Of a DNA stretch of 64,000 bases, positions 40,867-51,363 are shown one piece after another; positions within the stretch are counted from its first letter, which is position 1; each line of letters begins with the position of its first letter. A program made the position numbers and the translations under genes. The stretch comes from an uncultured delta proteobacterium (GTDB lineage: Bacteria; Myxococcota_A; UBA9160; UBA4427), in assembly GCA_963822965.1 (NCBI GenBank), contig CAWGJT010000005.1:1184001-1248000 (forward strand), given 5' to 3'. The notes beneath the pieces are model-generated. The model was not told the DNA's origin. It worked only from the letters and a program-made list of their open reading frames with translations, and did not search any database.

Positions 40867-42084
40867 ATGACCACCGATAGCCGGACCGGAAGCCAACGAG
40901 TGGCGACGAACGGCTCCGAATCGCTGCATGTCGTCATGCTGTTGCTGAAATTCCCGCCCCATTTCGCCGGCGGCGGTCTCCAGGCGTCACGACTCATGGA
41001 ACGTCTCGGGAGGCGCGGCGTCCGGGTCACGACGCTGACCTGCTCTCCCGAAAACTACGAAGCGCCGGGGCGCGAGGCCGCGCATGGCGGGCGCGTGCGG
41101 CGCTTCCCGATGCCCGTTCCCACACGATTCCGGAACCACCTGCTCGGCATCCGTGCCTTCCTCTGGTTGCTGACGCACCCGAAGTGGGACGTCCTGCACA
41201 TCCACAACTACTCTTACTTTGCGGTCCTTCCGATCATCCTTGCTCGCTTTCTCGGACGCCCGATCCTGATCAAGACGACCCTCCTCGGCGAGGAAGGGGC
41301 CCTCTCGACGAAGTCCAGCGGCATCGCCGCGCGTCTGCTCGACGCGTATCGGAGCGCCGATGCGATCGTCGCGCTCTCCGCAGCGATTCGTAACGATCTC
41401 GTAACTCGCCGCAAGGTCTCGTCGCTGGTGCTGGAACTGCCCAACGGGGTCGACACCGACCTCTTCCATCCCGCGATCGACGATGAACGCGCGCGCACCC
41501 GCGAATCATTGGGGATTCCCGACCACGCCCGACTCGTCGTCACGTGTGGCGAGATCAATCCTCGCAAAAACATCATCTCGATCGTTCGCGCCCTTGCGCG
41601 GATGCCGAGTGCCGCGGTCGTCTTCGTCGCCATCGGTCCCATGGGCGACGACGAGGCGTATCTCACCCGACTGCGGAAGGAGATCGCCGCGCTGCCGGCG
41701 AACAAGGAAGTCCGGCTCGTCGGAAGCCAGACACCGCAAGAACTCGCGACGACCGTTCGAGCCGCCGACGTGTTCGCGCTGATGTCCAGGGCGGAGGGAC
41801 TTCCCAATTCCCTGCTGGAAGCGATGGCCAGTTCCGTTGCATGCATCGCGAGCGACATCCCGGGCGCGGCGGACGTACTGGCGGACGGCGGCGGATTGCT
41901 CGTCCACCTGGACGACGAAGGCGCACTGAAGGACACGCTGGCGAGCCTGTTCGAGAACGAAGCGCTCCGGGCCGGGCTCGCCCTCGACGGCTTGCGACTC
42001 ATCCAGAGCAAGTATTCTCTCGACACGATCGCGAAGCGCTATCACGATCTCTATCGACAGCTGCTCACGGCGAAGGGAAGATGA
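40867..42084 (+). CDS. Glycosyltransferase family 4
   Basis: PNGVDTDLF, SRAEGLPNSLLEAMA. Confidence 0.9.
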   Translation: MTTDSRTGSQRVATNGSESLHVVMLLLKFPPHFAGGGLQASRLMERLGRRGVRVTTLTCSPENYEAPGREAAHGGRVRRFPMPVPTRFRNHLLGIRAFLWLLTHPKWDVLHIHNYSYFAVLPIILARFLGRPILIKTTLLGEEGALSTKSSGIAARLLDAYRSADAIVALSAAIRNDLVTRRKVSSLVLELPNGVDTDLFHPAIDDERARTRESLGIPDHARLVVTCGEINPRKNIISIVRALARMPSAAVVFVAIGPMGDDEAYLTRLRKEIAALPANKEVRLVGSQTPQELATTVRAADVFALMSRAEGLPNSLLEAMASSVACIASDIPGAADVLADGGGLLVHLDDEGALKDTLASLFENEALRAGLALDGLRLIQSKYSLDTIAKRYHDLYRQLLTAKGR

Positions 42085-42145
42085 GCGAGGGATCGTTCCC
42101 TGGGAAATTCCCGCGCATGCCGACCGCCAACTTTCAACCGCTCCA

Positions 42146-43105
42146 GTGAGCCGAGAGTTCCGCAACCCGCCGATGTCCACCAACAGCCCCGCAACGCGTC
42201 TGCGAAATTTCGTTGGCCACCGTGTCATCGCACCGGCGATCGAGGACGCACGTCATTCGATCCTGCGGATCCGCAATCGAAACCGGACCTATCGTCCCTT
42301 GTTCGTCACCGGCGCGATGGGGAGTGGGACCACGCTGCTTGCATTCCTGCTCGGTCAGCGCCTCGATGCAGCGGGGGTGGTTGCGGAGAGCGCACGCCAC
42401 ATCTCGCGCCGCTCGTTTCTGTACGTTCCGCGCACCGACGGGTTCGCATCGATTCCCGAATTCGAGACCGCGCTCCAGGCCGATCCGGACTGGTCCCCCG
42501 CGATCGTGAATCGCGATCTACAGCGGCTGTACCGATCCCGCGCCGTTCGAGACAGCCATGTCATCATCGACAAGGGCCCGAACACGAACCTGACACGTGC
42601 CTCGCTCCTCGAGCGGAGCTTCCCCGATTCACGATTCGTCATGATCTACCGCGACCCCGTCGCCAACATCGAGGGATTCCGTCGCAAGTGGCGACTGTTC
42701 GGGCGGAGCTCGCTCGACGAGGCCATCGGATTCTATCGCCACATCCACGAAGCGTTCCTGCGGGCCGCCGAAGACTTCGCCGAGTCCGTGCGCGTCGTGA
42801 ACTACCGCGATCTGGTGCAGCACGATGCGGAGATTCTCGAGTGGCTCGGGGACTGGGCGGGGCTCACGGTCGCAAGCGAGCCACTGGAACTGCCGAACCG
42901 TGGGAGTCGCCGGGGTCGGGGTGCGCGCAACATCGAGAACGGTCGGATCAAGGTCGTGTCCGGTGCGGATCGGGAGTCGTACGGCCGACTCACCGAGCCC
43001 GAGATCTCACGAATCCAGGACGAACTCAGTGACCTCATGGAGCGACTCGACGCAAGAGCATGGACGCCGGATGCGGCACCCGCTTCACCGCAACCGCTCG
43101 ACTAG
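42146..43105 (+). CDS. Sulfotransferase
   Basis: 5'-PSB-like GAMGSGTTLL, DKGP, IYRDP. Start uncertain. Confidence 0.75.
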   Translation: MSREFRNPPMSTNSPATRLRNFVGHRVIAPAIEDARHSILRIRNRNRTYRPLFVTGAMGSGTTLLAFLLGQRLDAAGVVAESARHISRRSFLYVPRTDGFASIPEFETALQADPDWSPAIVNRDLQRLYRSRAVRDSHVIIDKGPNTNLTRASLLERSFPDSRFVMIYRDPVANIEGFRRKWRLFGRSSLDEAIGFYRHIHEAFLRAAEDFAESVRVVNYRDLVQHDAEILEWLGDWAGLTVASEPLELPNRGSRRGRGARNIENGRIKVVSGADRESYGRLTEPEISRIQDELSDLMERLDARAWTPDAAPASPQPLD

Positions 43106-43600
43106 CCGGTGAGCCCCGACGATCCGGCTTCTCCACTCTTCGCGTGATCCTCTGCGTATCGGCGCTGGAGACCATCGAGCCACGTCAGGATCTTCTGCAC
43201 GCGCGCACTCAGCGTGGACGCCGTTCCACGAGCGTGCGCGGCGGCGGCCATCCGCGCGCGCAACTCGGTGCCGTCCACGAGCAGGGCGATCTTCTCGGCC
43301 ATCGAATCGACGTTGCCGGGATCGACGAGGAGTACGCAGGATGCGTCGATCGTCTCCTCGAGCGAAGGGATGCGGGAAGAAATCAACGGCAGGCCGCACG
43401 CCAGCGCCTCGAGAGCCGCGTTGGGTGAACCCTCGGCCCGTGTCGGCAGGACGAACGGATCGGCGGCCGAGAGCCACACCGGGACGTCGGCATGCGGAAC
43501 CCTGCCGGCAAACAGGATCTGTGGACCGGTCGGCACCTGCGGCCCCTCGCCCAGGAAGACGCCACCGACTTCCGGGTTCCGCTTCAACGCCTCGAGGACT
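43102..43600 (-). pseudogene. GT4 glycosyltransferase C-terminal remnant
   Basis: FVLPTRAEGSPNAALEALACGLP; N-domain missing. Confidence 0.7.
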
Positions 43601-43719
43601 CGAAGCGGCTCCTTAAGGAAATGGGAATAGATGATCGTCGAGCATAAGCATCCTAAGGGGATGGCGTCTGCGGGCAGCGACGTAAGTCCCCGAGACCAGA
43701 TGGGTTGGTGCCTCCCCGA

Positions 43720-44176
43720 GCCGGTCCTGCAGGCGCTCGGCAACTGGGGCATGCGCTGGGCCCGGGCGCACATGTCCGAGGGTGACTACGACGCGGGAAT
43801 GTTGATGCTGAATCTGCAGCGCAGCATCCGCGCCGAGAAGCTGCCCGGCGACGAGACGACCCTGCGCTTCCACTTCGACGATCTCGCCGAGCAGGCCGAC
43901 TGGTGGATCCTGGTCGTCGGCGACCAGGTCGACGTCTGCACCACCAACTCCCAGAAGGACGTCGACGTCCACTTCCGGACGACGGTGCGCAAGATGACCG
44001 AGGTCTGGATGGGCGACACGACCTACCGCAGCGCGATTCGATCCGGCGACCTCGAGATGGTCGGTCCGCGTGGTCTCACGCGAGACGTGGCGGTGTGGCT
44101 CGAGCCCTGCCCCTTCCACGCCGACGCCCCGGAGCCCCCGGCCAACGAGATCCTGCCGCCCGTACGCGGGCGGTGA
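43720..44176 (+). pseudogene. HxlR-type regulator remnant (SCP2-like C-terminus, HTH missing)
   Basis: PVLQALGNWGMRW..WWILVVGDQVDVC..EVWMG. Confidence 0.65.
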
Positions 44177-44242
44177 CGTCGAGGCGGAGCTGTTGGAGGC
44201 ACCCTCGTGTATCCTGAGCGGCCACGTCCAGAGGAGACGACC

Positions 44243-45130
44243 ATGCCCCTCGAGCACCATCCCGACCACGTCCCCGTCCCCGAGCGCGACCTCCACTACG
44301 AGTGCTTCGAGCTGTCGACGCTCACACCGCACATCGGCGCCGAGATCCGCGGGCTCGACCTGTCGGCGCCGCTCAGCGACGAGCAGGAGAAGGAGATCCG
44401 ACGCGCCTTCCACGACTGGATGGTGCTCGTATTCCCGGACCAGCACCTGACCCCGGCACAGCACAAGGCCTTCGGCGCGCGCTTCGGAGAGCTGCACGTC
44501 CACCCGCAGCTGCGCGGCTCCAAGATGGAGCACCCCGAGGTTCTCCCCGTCGTCACCAACGAGCACTCGAAGTTCACCCCCGGCGACGGCTGGCACTCCG
44601 ACGTGACCTGTGACGAGATTCCTCCGCTCGGTTCGATGCTGTACATCCGCGAGACACCCGAGTGCGGAGGCGGCGACACGCTCTACGCCGACATGTACAT
44701 GGCCTACGAGCTGCTCTCCGACCCCATGAAGCAGTTCCTCGAGGGACTCACCGCGATCCACGACGGCGCAGGCCCGTACTCCGAGCAGCTGGCCCTCGGC
44801 ATCGGAAAGCCGGGCGCCGAGTACCCGAAGGCCGAGCATCCCATCGTCGTCCGGCACCCGGAGACCGGCCGGAAGCTCCTCTACGTCAACAGCGGCTTCA
44901 CGACCCGCATCGTCGGGCTCGCGGCGCCGGAGAGCCGTGCCATCCTCGAGATGCTCTTCCGTCACATCGAGGCAAACCCGAAGCTCTGCTGCCGGGTCTC
45001 GTGGCAGCCGAACACGCTCACCTTCTGGGACAACCGCTGCACCCAGCACCACGCGATCTGGGACTACTACCCGCAACGCCGGGTGGGCGGCCGCGTTTCG
45101 ATCCTGGGCAACGCCCGGCCGGTCACCTAG
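44243..45130 (+). CDS. TauD/TfdA Fe(II)/2-oxoglutarate dioxygenase
   Basis: WHSDVT, GGDT, HPIVVRHPETGRK, WDNRCTQH. Confidence 0.9.
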   Translation: MPLEHHPDHVPVPERDLHYECFELSTLTPHIGAEIRGLDLSAPLSDEQEKEIRRAFHDWMVLVFPDQHLTPAQHKAFGARFGELHVHPQLRGSKMEHPEVLPVVTNEHSKFTPGDGWHSDVTCDEIPPLGSMLYIRETPECGGGDTLYADMYMAYELLSDPMKQFLEGLTAIHDGAGPYSEQLALGIGKPGAEYPKAEHPIVVRHPETGRKLLYVNSGFTTRIVGLAAPESRAILEMLFRHIEANPKLCCRVSWQPNTLTFWDNRCTQHHAIWDYYPQRRVGGRVSILGNARPVT

Positions 45131-45208
45131 GCGCCTGAGACATCCGGCAGCCCGCAGACCCGGTCGCTACGATCTTCACGACTGTCTTCATCGCCTTCGA
45201 GCAAGCCC

Positions 45209-46600
45209 GTGCCTCGTGACATCGACCGCCTCCTCGAGCTGCTGCCCCGCTACGACCAGGCGGGGCCGCGCTACACGAGCTACCCGACCGCGCCGGCGTG
45301 GCGGGACGACTTCGGCCCGAACGACGCTCGCCGCCTGCTCGCGCGGGTCGGCGAGCGCAGCGACGAGCCGCTTTCCCTCTACGTGCACGTTCCCTTCTGC
45401 TCGAGCCTCTGCCACTTCTGCGCCTGCAACCGCATCATCACCCGTAAGCCCGAGCTCCCGGCGCGCTACCTGGACGTCCTGGAGCGCGAGCTCGACGCGG
45501 TCGCTCGGGCCATCGGGCCCCGGCGCGTGCTCGGGCAGGTCCACCTGGGCGGCGGGACGCCGACACACCTCGACGCCGACCAGCTGCAGCGGCTCTTCCG
45601 GTCCATCCGCTTCCGCTTCGACGTGGAAGAAGGCGCCGAGCTCTCGATCGAGGTCGACCCGCGCGTCACCGGTCCCGCCCACGCCGAGGCCATGGCCGAG
45701 ATCGGAATCACCCGGCTCTCCATGGGCGTTCAAGACTTCGACCCGCAGGTCCAGGAGGCGATCCACCGCGTGCAGTCCGTCGCGCAGGTGGAGGAGCTGG
45801 TGCGCTGGGCGCGCGGCGCCGGGCTCGACGGTGTGAACTTCGACCTCATCTACGGGCTCCCCTTCCAGACCGAAGAGTCCTTCGCGCGCACCCTCGACGA
45901 AGTGGAGAGACTGCTTCCCGACCGCATCGCCCTCTACTCCTACGCGCACGTGACCTGGGTGGCCAAGCAGCAGCGCGGCTTCGAGCGCGGCGACCTGCCG
46001 AGCGCGGACCGTAAGCTCCGCATCCTGCTGCTCGCGATCCGCCGCCTCGAGGAGGCCGGATACGCGTACATCGGGTTGGACCACTTCGTCCGCGAGGAGG
46101 ACGAGCTCGCGGAGGCCGCGCGCGCGGGCACGCTGCACCGCAACTTCATGGGCTACACGACCCGGCCGTGCCGCGACCTGGTGGCGTGCGGGCCCAGCGG
46201 GATCAGCGAGCTCGAAGGCGCCTACCTGCAGTCCACACGCGAGCTCGGCGATTGGGATGAGCGCGTGCAGCGCGACGGGCTCGCGACCTTCCGGGGACAC
46301 GAGCTCTCGGACGATGACCGGGAACGAGCGTGGATCATCAAGAGCATCATGTGCCGGATGGGCGTCTCCGCCGACGAGTACCGAGAACGCTTTCACGAGG
46401 ACTTCGCGACCCGACACGCCCATGAGCTCGAGCTGCTCCGTCCGCTCGCGGCCGACGGCCTGGTGGAGGTGGGCGACGACGGAGGCCTGACGGTCACCGC
46501 CGACGGCCAGCTGCTGCTGCGCAACATCGCGATGGCCTTCGACGCCTACCTCCCGGAGCAGCGGCGCAGCGGCGGGCGCATCTTCAGCCAGACGATCTGA
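45209..46600 (+). CDS. hemN: Oxygen-independent coproporphyrinogen III oxidase
   Basis: GPRYTSYPTA, CSSLCHFCAC radical SAM motif, GGGTP, LHRNFMGY, FDAYL. Confidence 0.92.
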   Translation: MPRDIDRLLELLPRYDQAGPRYTSYPTAPAWRDDFGPNDARRLLARVGERSDEPLSLYVHVPFCSSLCHFCACNRIITRKPELPARYLDVLERELDAVARAIGPRRVLGQVHLGGGTPTHLDADQLQRLFRSIRFRFDVEEGAELSIEVDPRVTGPAHAEAMAEIGITRLSMGVQDFDPQVQEAIHRVQSVAQVEELVRWARGAGLDGVNFDLIYGLPFQTEESFARTLDEVERLLPDRIALYSYAHVTWVAKQQRGFERGDLPSADRKLRILLLAIRRLEEAGYAYIGLDHFVREEDELAEAARAGTLHRNFMGYTTRPCRDLVACGPSGISELEGAYLQSTRELGDWDERVQRDGLATFRGHELSDDDRERAWIIKSIMCRMGVSADEYRERFHEDFATRHAHELELLRPLAADGLVEVGDDGGLTVTADGQLLLRNIAMAFDAYLPEQRRSGGRIFSQTI

Positions 46601-46657
46601 GGGGCACTCGTTGGCGGGGGTGAGCTCGAAAGCCGCCTCATCGAACCCGCCCTCGCC

Positions 46658-47419
46658 CTACCTGGGGGCGAAGCGCTGACCGCCGTCGAGCCGGATCGTT
46701 CCGCCGTTCAGCATGGGCGTCTCGTAGATCGCCTGGGCCAGACGGGCGAATTCCTCTGGCTTCCCCATGCGCTTCGGGAAGGCAGCGTCCTTGGTGAGCG
46801 GTGCGGCCATCTCCTCGGGAACCCCGGCCGTGAGACCCGTCGCGAACAGGCTCGGGGCGATCGCCATCACGCGGATCCCGAGGCTGCCGAGGTCACGAGC
46901 CATGGTGAGGCTCATCCCGGCGATGCCCGCCTTGGCTGCCGTATACGCAACCTGGCCGATCTGGCCTTCGAACGCGGCGATGGATGCCGTATTGAGGATG
47001 ACGCCCCGCTCGCCGTTCTCGTCGGGCTCGTTTGCGCTCATCTTCGCTGCAGACAATCGCGCGATGTTGAAGGTCGACACCAGGTTCAGGTCGATGACTC
47101 GCCGGAACGCGTCGAGGGGATGCGGGCCCTTCTTGCTCAAGGTACGCATGGCGATCCCACCCCCCGCGGTGTTGCAGAGGAAGTGGAGCGCGCCCAACTC
47201 GTCGCACGCAGCCGCGATCGCCGCCTCGGTGCCATCGAAGTCGGTGACGTCGCAGGCGTGGAAGCTGCCTCCCAGCTCTCTCGCGACTTCTGCGCCCTTC
47301 GAGGTCGGGAGATCGAGAATCGAGACCCGTGCCCCTTCGCGGACGAGCATCTCGGCCGTGGCCTTCGCCATGCCCGAGGCCCCGCCTACGACCAGGGCAG
47401 CCTTTCCAGAAATCCTCAT
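46658..47419 (-). CDS. SDR, type II 3-hydroxyacyl-CoA dehydrogenase (HSD17B10-like)
   Basis: GGASGMA, ASIAAFEGQIGQVAYTAAK, LNGGTIRLDG. Confidence 0.9.
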   Translation of the reverse strand: MRISGKAALVVGGASGMAKATAEMLVREGARVSILDLPTSKGAEVARELGGSFHACDVTDFDGTEAAIAAACDELGALHFLCNTAGGGIAMRTLSKKGPHPLDAFRRVIDLNLVSTFNIARLSAAKMSANEPDENGERGVILNTASIAAFEGQIGQVAYTAAKAGIAGMSLTMARDLGSLGIRVMAIAPSLFATGLTAGVPEEMAAPLTKDAAFPKRMGKPEEFARLAQAIYETPMLNGGTIRLDGGQRFAPR

Positions 47420-47535
47420 CGTCTTCCTGTCCTCCTCGTTGGCCCGTTCGATCTTCCGGCCGCGCAGCGTCGCGCGGGCCATTGCCCGCCTTCTTCGATT
47501 CGGCTCGAGTGCACGGCACGCGAGCCGACGGCCGG

Positions 47536-48793
47536 CTACGAGCGACTCCGGAAACGGAGCGGCAAGGCGTTCAGGCCGCGGATGATGAAGGTCTCGGCGT
47601 AGCGAGAGCGCACTCGGGTCCACGAGCTGGAAGTCGTCGAGCCGCGCCAGCAGACGCTCGAAGCTGACGCGCACCTCGGCTGCGAGCAAGGCTCGCGCCG
47701 GGGCAGAAGTGCTCGCCATGGCCGAAGGCGATGTTGCGCCGCGCATTGCGACGCTTGGGATCGAAGCGGTCGGGGTCGTCGAAGACGCGCGGGTCGCGGT
47801 TCGCCGCGCCGACCGAGCCCATCACGATGGTCCCGGCCGGGATCTCCACGCCGCCGATCTTCGCGTCCGCGAGGGCAAGGCGGAAGGTGCTCTTGATCGG
47901 TCCCTCGAGCCGGAGGCATTCCTCGACGAAGTTCGGGATGCCGCTCGGATCGGCGCGCAGCTCGTCGGCGAGGGCGGGCTGCTCGGCGAGCACGCGCATC
48001 CCGGCGGCGAGCAGGCGGGCCGTCGTCTCCTGGCCGGCGGCGAAGAAGATGGTGGCGAGCCGCACCACGTCCGCCACCTCGGGAAGCGCTCCGTCGGGGT
48101 ACCGGACGTGCGCGAGCCGGCTCATGACATCCTCACTCGGCGCCGCGCGACGCTCCTCGATGTAGCGGGTGAAGTAGGGAGCCAGCGTTCGCGAAGATCT
48201 GGTCGCCCCCGTGCTCGCCGTCGGGGTTGCCGACGTTGCCCTGCGGCCCCCCCAGCCAGCGCGCGGAACTGCGGGTGGTCCTCGCGCGGGACGCCGAGCA
48301 GGTCGGCGATCACGAGCAGCGTGAAGGGCCGGGCGTAGGCCGCGTTGAACTCCACCTCGCCGCGGCTGGCGATCTCGTCGATCAGCTCGTCGGCAAGACT
48401 CTTCATGAACGCCTCGTTCTCCTCGCAGCCGATTCGGCGTGAAGAGCCTCCCCGACAGCGCGCGCTGCCGCGTGTGCCGGGGAGGGTCGAGGGAGGGAAG
48501 CATGTCGCCCATCGGGAATCTCGGCACGACGACGCTCGATGAGCTGCGGCCCAGCTCTCTCCCTCCGTCGGGCTCGGGAAGCGGCGACCAGCGGACCGAG
48601 GGTCGCGACGATCGCCGAGAAGCGTTCGTTGTCGGCGTAGACCTGGAGGACCTCCTCGATGCCGGAGAGGACGACGACGCCCCGGCTGCGGCTCGCGCCA
48701 GACCGGGCCACGCTCGCGCAGCGCGACGTACCAGGGTGTCGGGTCCTGGAGCAGCTCGGGGTCGGTGAAGAAGTCCCTGTCGAGGACGTCCAT
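47536..48793 (-). CDS. Cytochrome P450 (multiple frameshifts)
   Basis: [31 protein letters not shown] across frames. Confidence 0.8.
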
Positions 48794-50140
48794 CACGCGC
48801 CTCCCCCTTGCGAGCTGTCGAACGGGGTCGAGAGCGCGAAGGCCATCTGCTTCACGACGTCGCCGATCGTGCAGTAGCCCTGGCCTCGTAGTCCGACGGC
48901 TTCTTGCCGCCGCCGCCGACCTTGAGCGAGAGGTCGACGTGCTTCGCCTGGGCGCGCAGCGCAGCCACGGTGCACTGCTCCTTCGGGATGTGCTCGAAGG
49001 GGTCGTACTGGAAGTGCCGGGTCGTGTTCTCCCAGGTCATCTTGTGGATCTCGTCGTCGGGCACGCCCTCGAGGGACTTCCACAGGATCTCGGGCGAACG
49101 CGGCCAGGTCGAGTCCGAGTGCGGGTAGTCGCACTCCCAGGTGATGTTGTCGATGCCGATCAGGTCGCGGTTGCGCACGCCAGCCGCGTCGTCGATGAAG
49201 CACGTCACGATGTGCTCACGGAAGACGTCGCTCGGCTTCTTGCCGTTCGGAAAGTCGTGCAGAGTCCAGCGATGGTGGTGGTGGTGGACGTAGTCGATGC
49301 GCTCGAGGAAGTACGGGATCCAGCCGATGCCGCCCTCGCACAGCGCGATCTTCAGACCCGGGAACTTCTGCAGGGCCTGCGAGAAGACCAGCTCGGTGGC
49401 GCAGTTGAACAGCGTGATCGGGGTACCCGCGATCATGATCTCGATCGGTGCGCCCATGTCCTGCATGGCCAGGCGCGTGCCCGAGCCGATGTGGATGCAG
49501 ACGATCGTGCCCTCCTCGGAGCAGGCCTTCCAGAAGGGATCCCAGTGCGGGTCGTGCAGGCTCGGGTAGCCGAGCGCGCCCGGGTTGTCGGCGAAGGTGA
49601 TGGCGTGGCAGCCCTTCGGCGGCGACGCGCTTCACCTCGCGGCCCATCTCCTCCGGGTCCCACATGGGCGGGATCGCCAGGGGGATGAAGCGACCGGGGT
49701 GCTTGCCGCACCACTCGTCGATGTGCCAGTCGTTGTAGGCGCGCAGCATGGTGATGGCGAGCTCGGTCTCGCCCTCGACGGCCTTGCGGCCGAACAGCTC
49801 GCCGACGAAGCCCGGCACGGTCGGAAAGCAGAGCGACCCCAGCACGCCGTTGGCGTTCATGTCCTCGACGCGCGCGTCGACGTCGTAGCAGCCGGGCCGC
49901 AGCTGCGAGAGCGCCGTCGGCTCCATGCCGTACTCCTCGGGCGGCCGTCCCGCGACGGCGTTCAGCCCCACGTTCGGGATCTGCCCGCCCTCGAACACCC
50001 AGAGGTTGCTGCCGTCGTCCTTGGTGACGAGCTTCGGCGCGCGATCCTTCCACTTCGCGGGCACGTGGTTGTCCCACATGTCGGCCGGCTCGCAGACGTG
50101 ATCATCCACGCTCACCAGGATCATGTCGTTCCATTCGCAT
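48793..50140 (-). CDS. Amidohydrolase family 2 protein (frameshifted)
   Basis: [33 protein letters not shown] across frames. Confidence 0.8.
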
Positions 50141-50156
50141 GGCCGTTCTCCTCCGT

Positions 50157-51362
50157 TCAGCGGCGCGGCAGACCGAGCACCCGCTGGGCGATGATGTTGC
50201 GCTGGATCTCCGAGGTCCCCGCCGCGATCGTCGCGCGGAAGGTCTGGAGGTATCGCGTCATCCAGGGCAGTTGTCCGAAGCTCTCGTCGTAGATTGCATC
50301 CCCGTGGCCGACGTCGAGGGCACGGGCGCCCTGCGCTTCCACGGCGAGATGGGCGCAGCGCTGGGCGATCTCCGAGCTGAAGAGCTTGAGCACGGAGTGC
50401 TCCGGCGAGGTCTCTCCCCGCGCGAACTTCGCGAAGCCCCGGTATCCCATGAACCACATCGCCTGGGCGTCGATGTAGATGCTGGCGAGCTCGTCGCGAA
50501 AGGCTTCGCTCTCGCCGGTGCGGCGACCATCGGGACCGACCTGCCTCGCCAGCTCGCGAATTGCATCGATCTGGTGGTCCAGGGTCGCGGCGCCGGAGAG
50601 CCACATCATGCCGCGCTCGTGTGCGAGCGAGCCCGTCGAGATCGCCCAACCCTGGTTCAGCTCGCCGACCAGGTGGTCGCGGGGCACCACGACCTCGTCG
50701 AAGAACACCTCGTTGAAGTCCACGTGATCGCGATCGTTCATCTCCGGCAGCGGACGGACCGTGATGCCCGGGGCCTTCATGTCGACGATCACGACGCTGA
50801 TCCCCTTGTGCTTGGGAGCGTCAGGGTCCGTCCGCACGAAGCAGAAGCAGTAGTCGGAATGGTGTGCGCCCGAGGTCCAGATCTTCTGACCGCTCACCAC
50901 GAAGTGGTCGTCGCGGACTTCGGCTCGAGTGGCGAGCGATGCGAAATCGCTGCCGGCTCCGGGCTCGCTCATCCCCAGGCACCAGGCGATCTCCGCGCGT
51001 AGGGTCGGAAGCAGGTACTTGTCCTTGAGGAAGTCGCTCCCGTAGTCGTGCAGCGATGGTGCGATGATGCTCAGTCCCTGTGGGTTGGCCGTTCGGTTGA
51101 CGCGCAGCTTCGCCATCTCCTCGAAGTAGACGAGCTGCTGTACCGGGCTGAGCTCCCGTCCGCCCAGCGCGGGCGGCCAGCCGGGAACGAGCAGACCGGC
51201 GTCGAAGAGCCGTCGCTGCCAGCGGCGCGCCCAGCCCGTGAGGTGCGCGGAGCTCGTCTGCGGCTCCTCGCGCATCTCCTCGAGGGTCGGCTCGTTGGCC
51301 TCGAGCCATGCGCGCAGCTCGCTCCGGAAGGCCTCGGTCTCGGCGTCGTAGTGGAGCCTCAC
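50157..51362 (-). CDS. Acyl-CoA dehydrogenase (full-length FadE-like subunit)
   Basis: WCLGMSEPGAGSD, GQKIWTS, TIAAGTSEIQRNII. Confidence 0.9.
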   Translation of the reverse strand: MRLHYDAETEAFRSELRAWLEANEPTLEEMREEPQTSSAHLTGWARRWQRRLFDAGLLVPGWPPALGGRELSPVQQLVYFEEMAKLRVNRTANPQGLSIIAPSLHDYGSDFLKDKYLLPTLRAEIAWCLGMSEPGAGSDFASLATRAEVRDDHFVVSGQKIWTSGAHHSDYCFCFVRTDPDAPKHKGISVVIVDMKAPGITVRPLPEMNDRDHVDFNEVFFDEVVVPRDHLVGELNQGWAISTGSLAHERGMMWLSGAATLDHQIDAIRELARQVGPDGRRTGESEAFRDELASIYIDAQAMWFMGYRGFAKFARGETSPEHSVLKLFSSEIAQRCAHLAVEAQGARALDVGHGDAIYDESFGQLPWMTRYLQTFRATIAAGTSEIQRNIIAQRVLGLPRR

Positions 51363-51363
51363 G

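Noticed and set aside
43640..43692. TTATG-containing minus-strand stretch and CGTAAGTCCCC as a dif arm or IS terminus
   Set aside because: Poor match to the three-copy consensus and no second end found.
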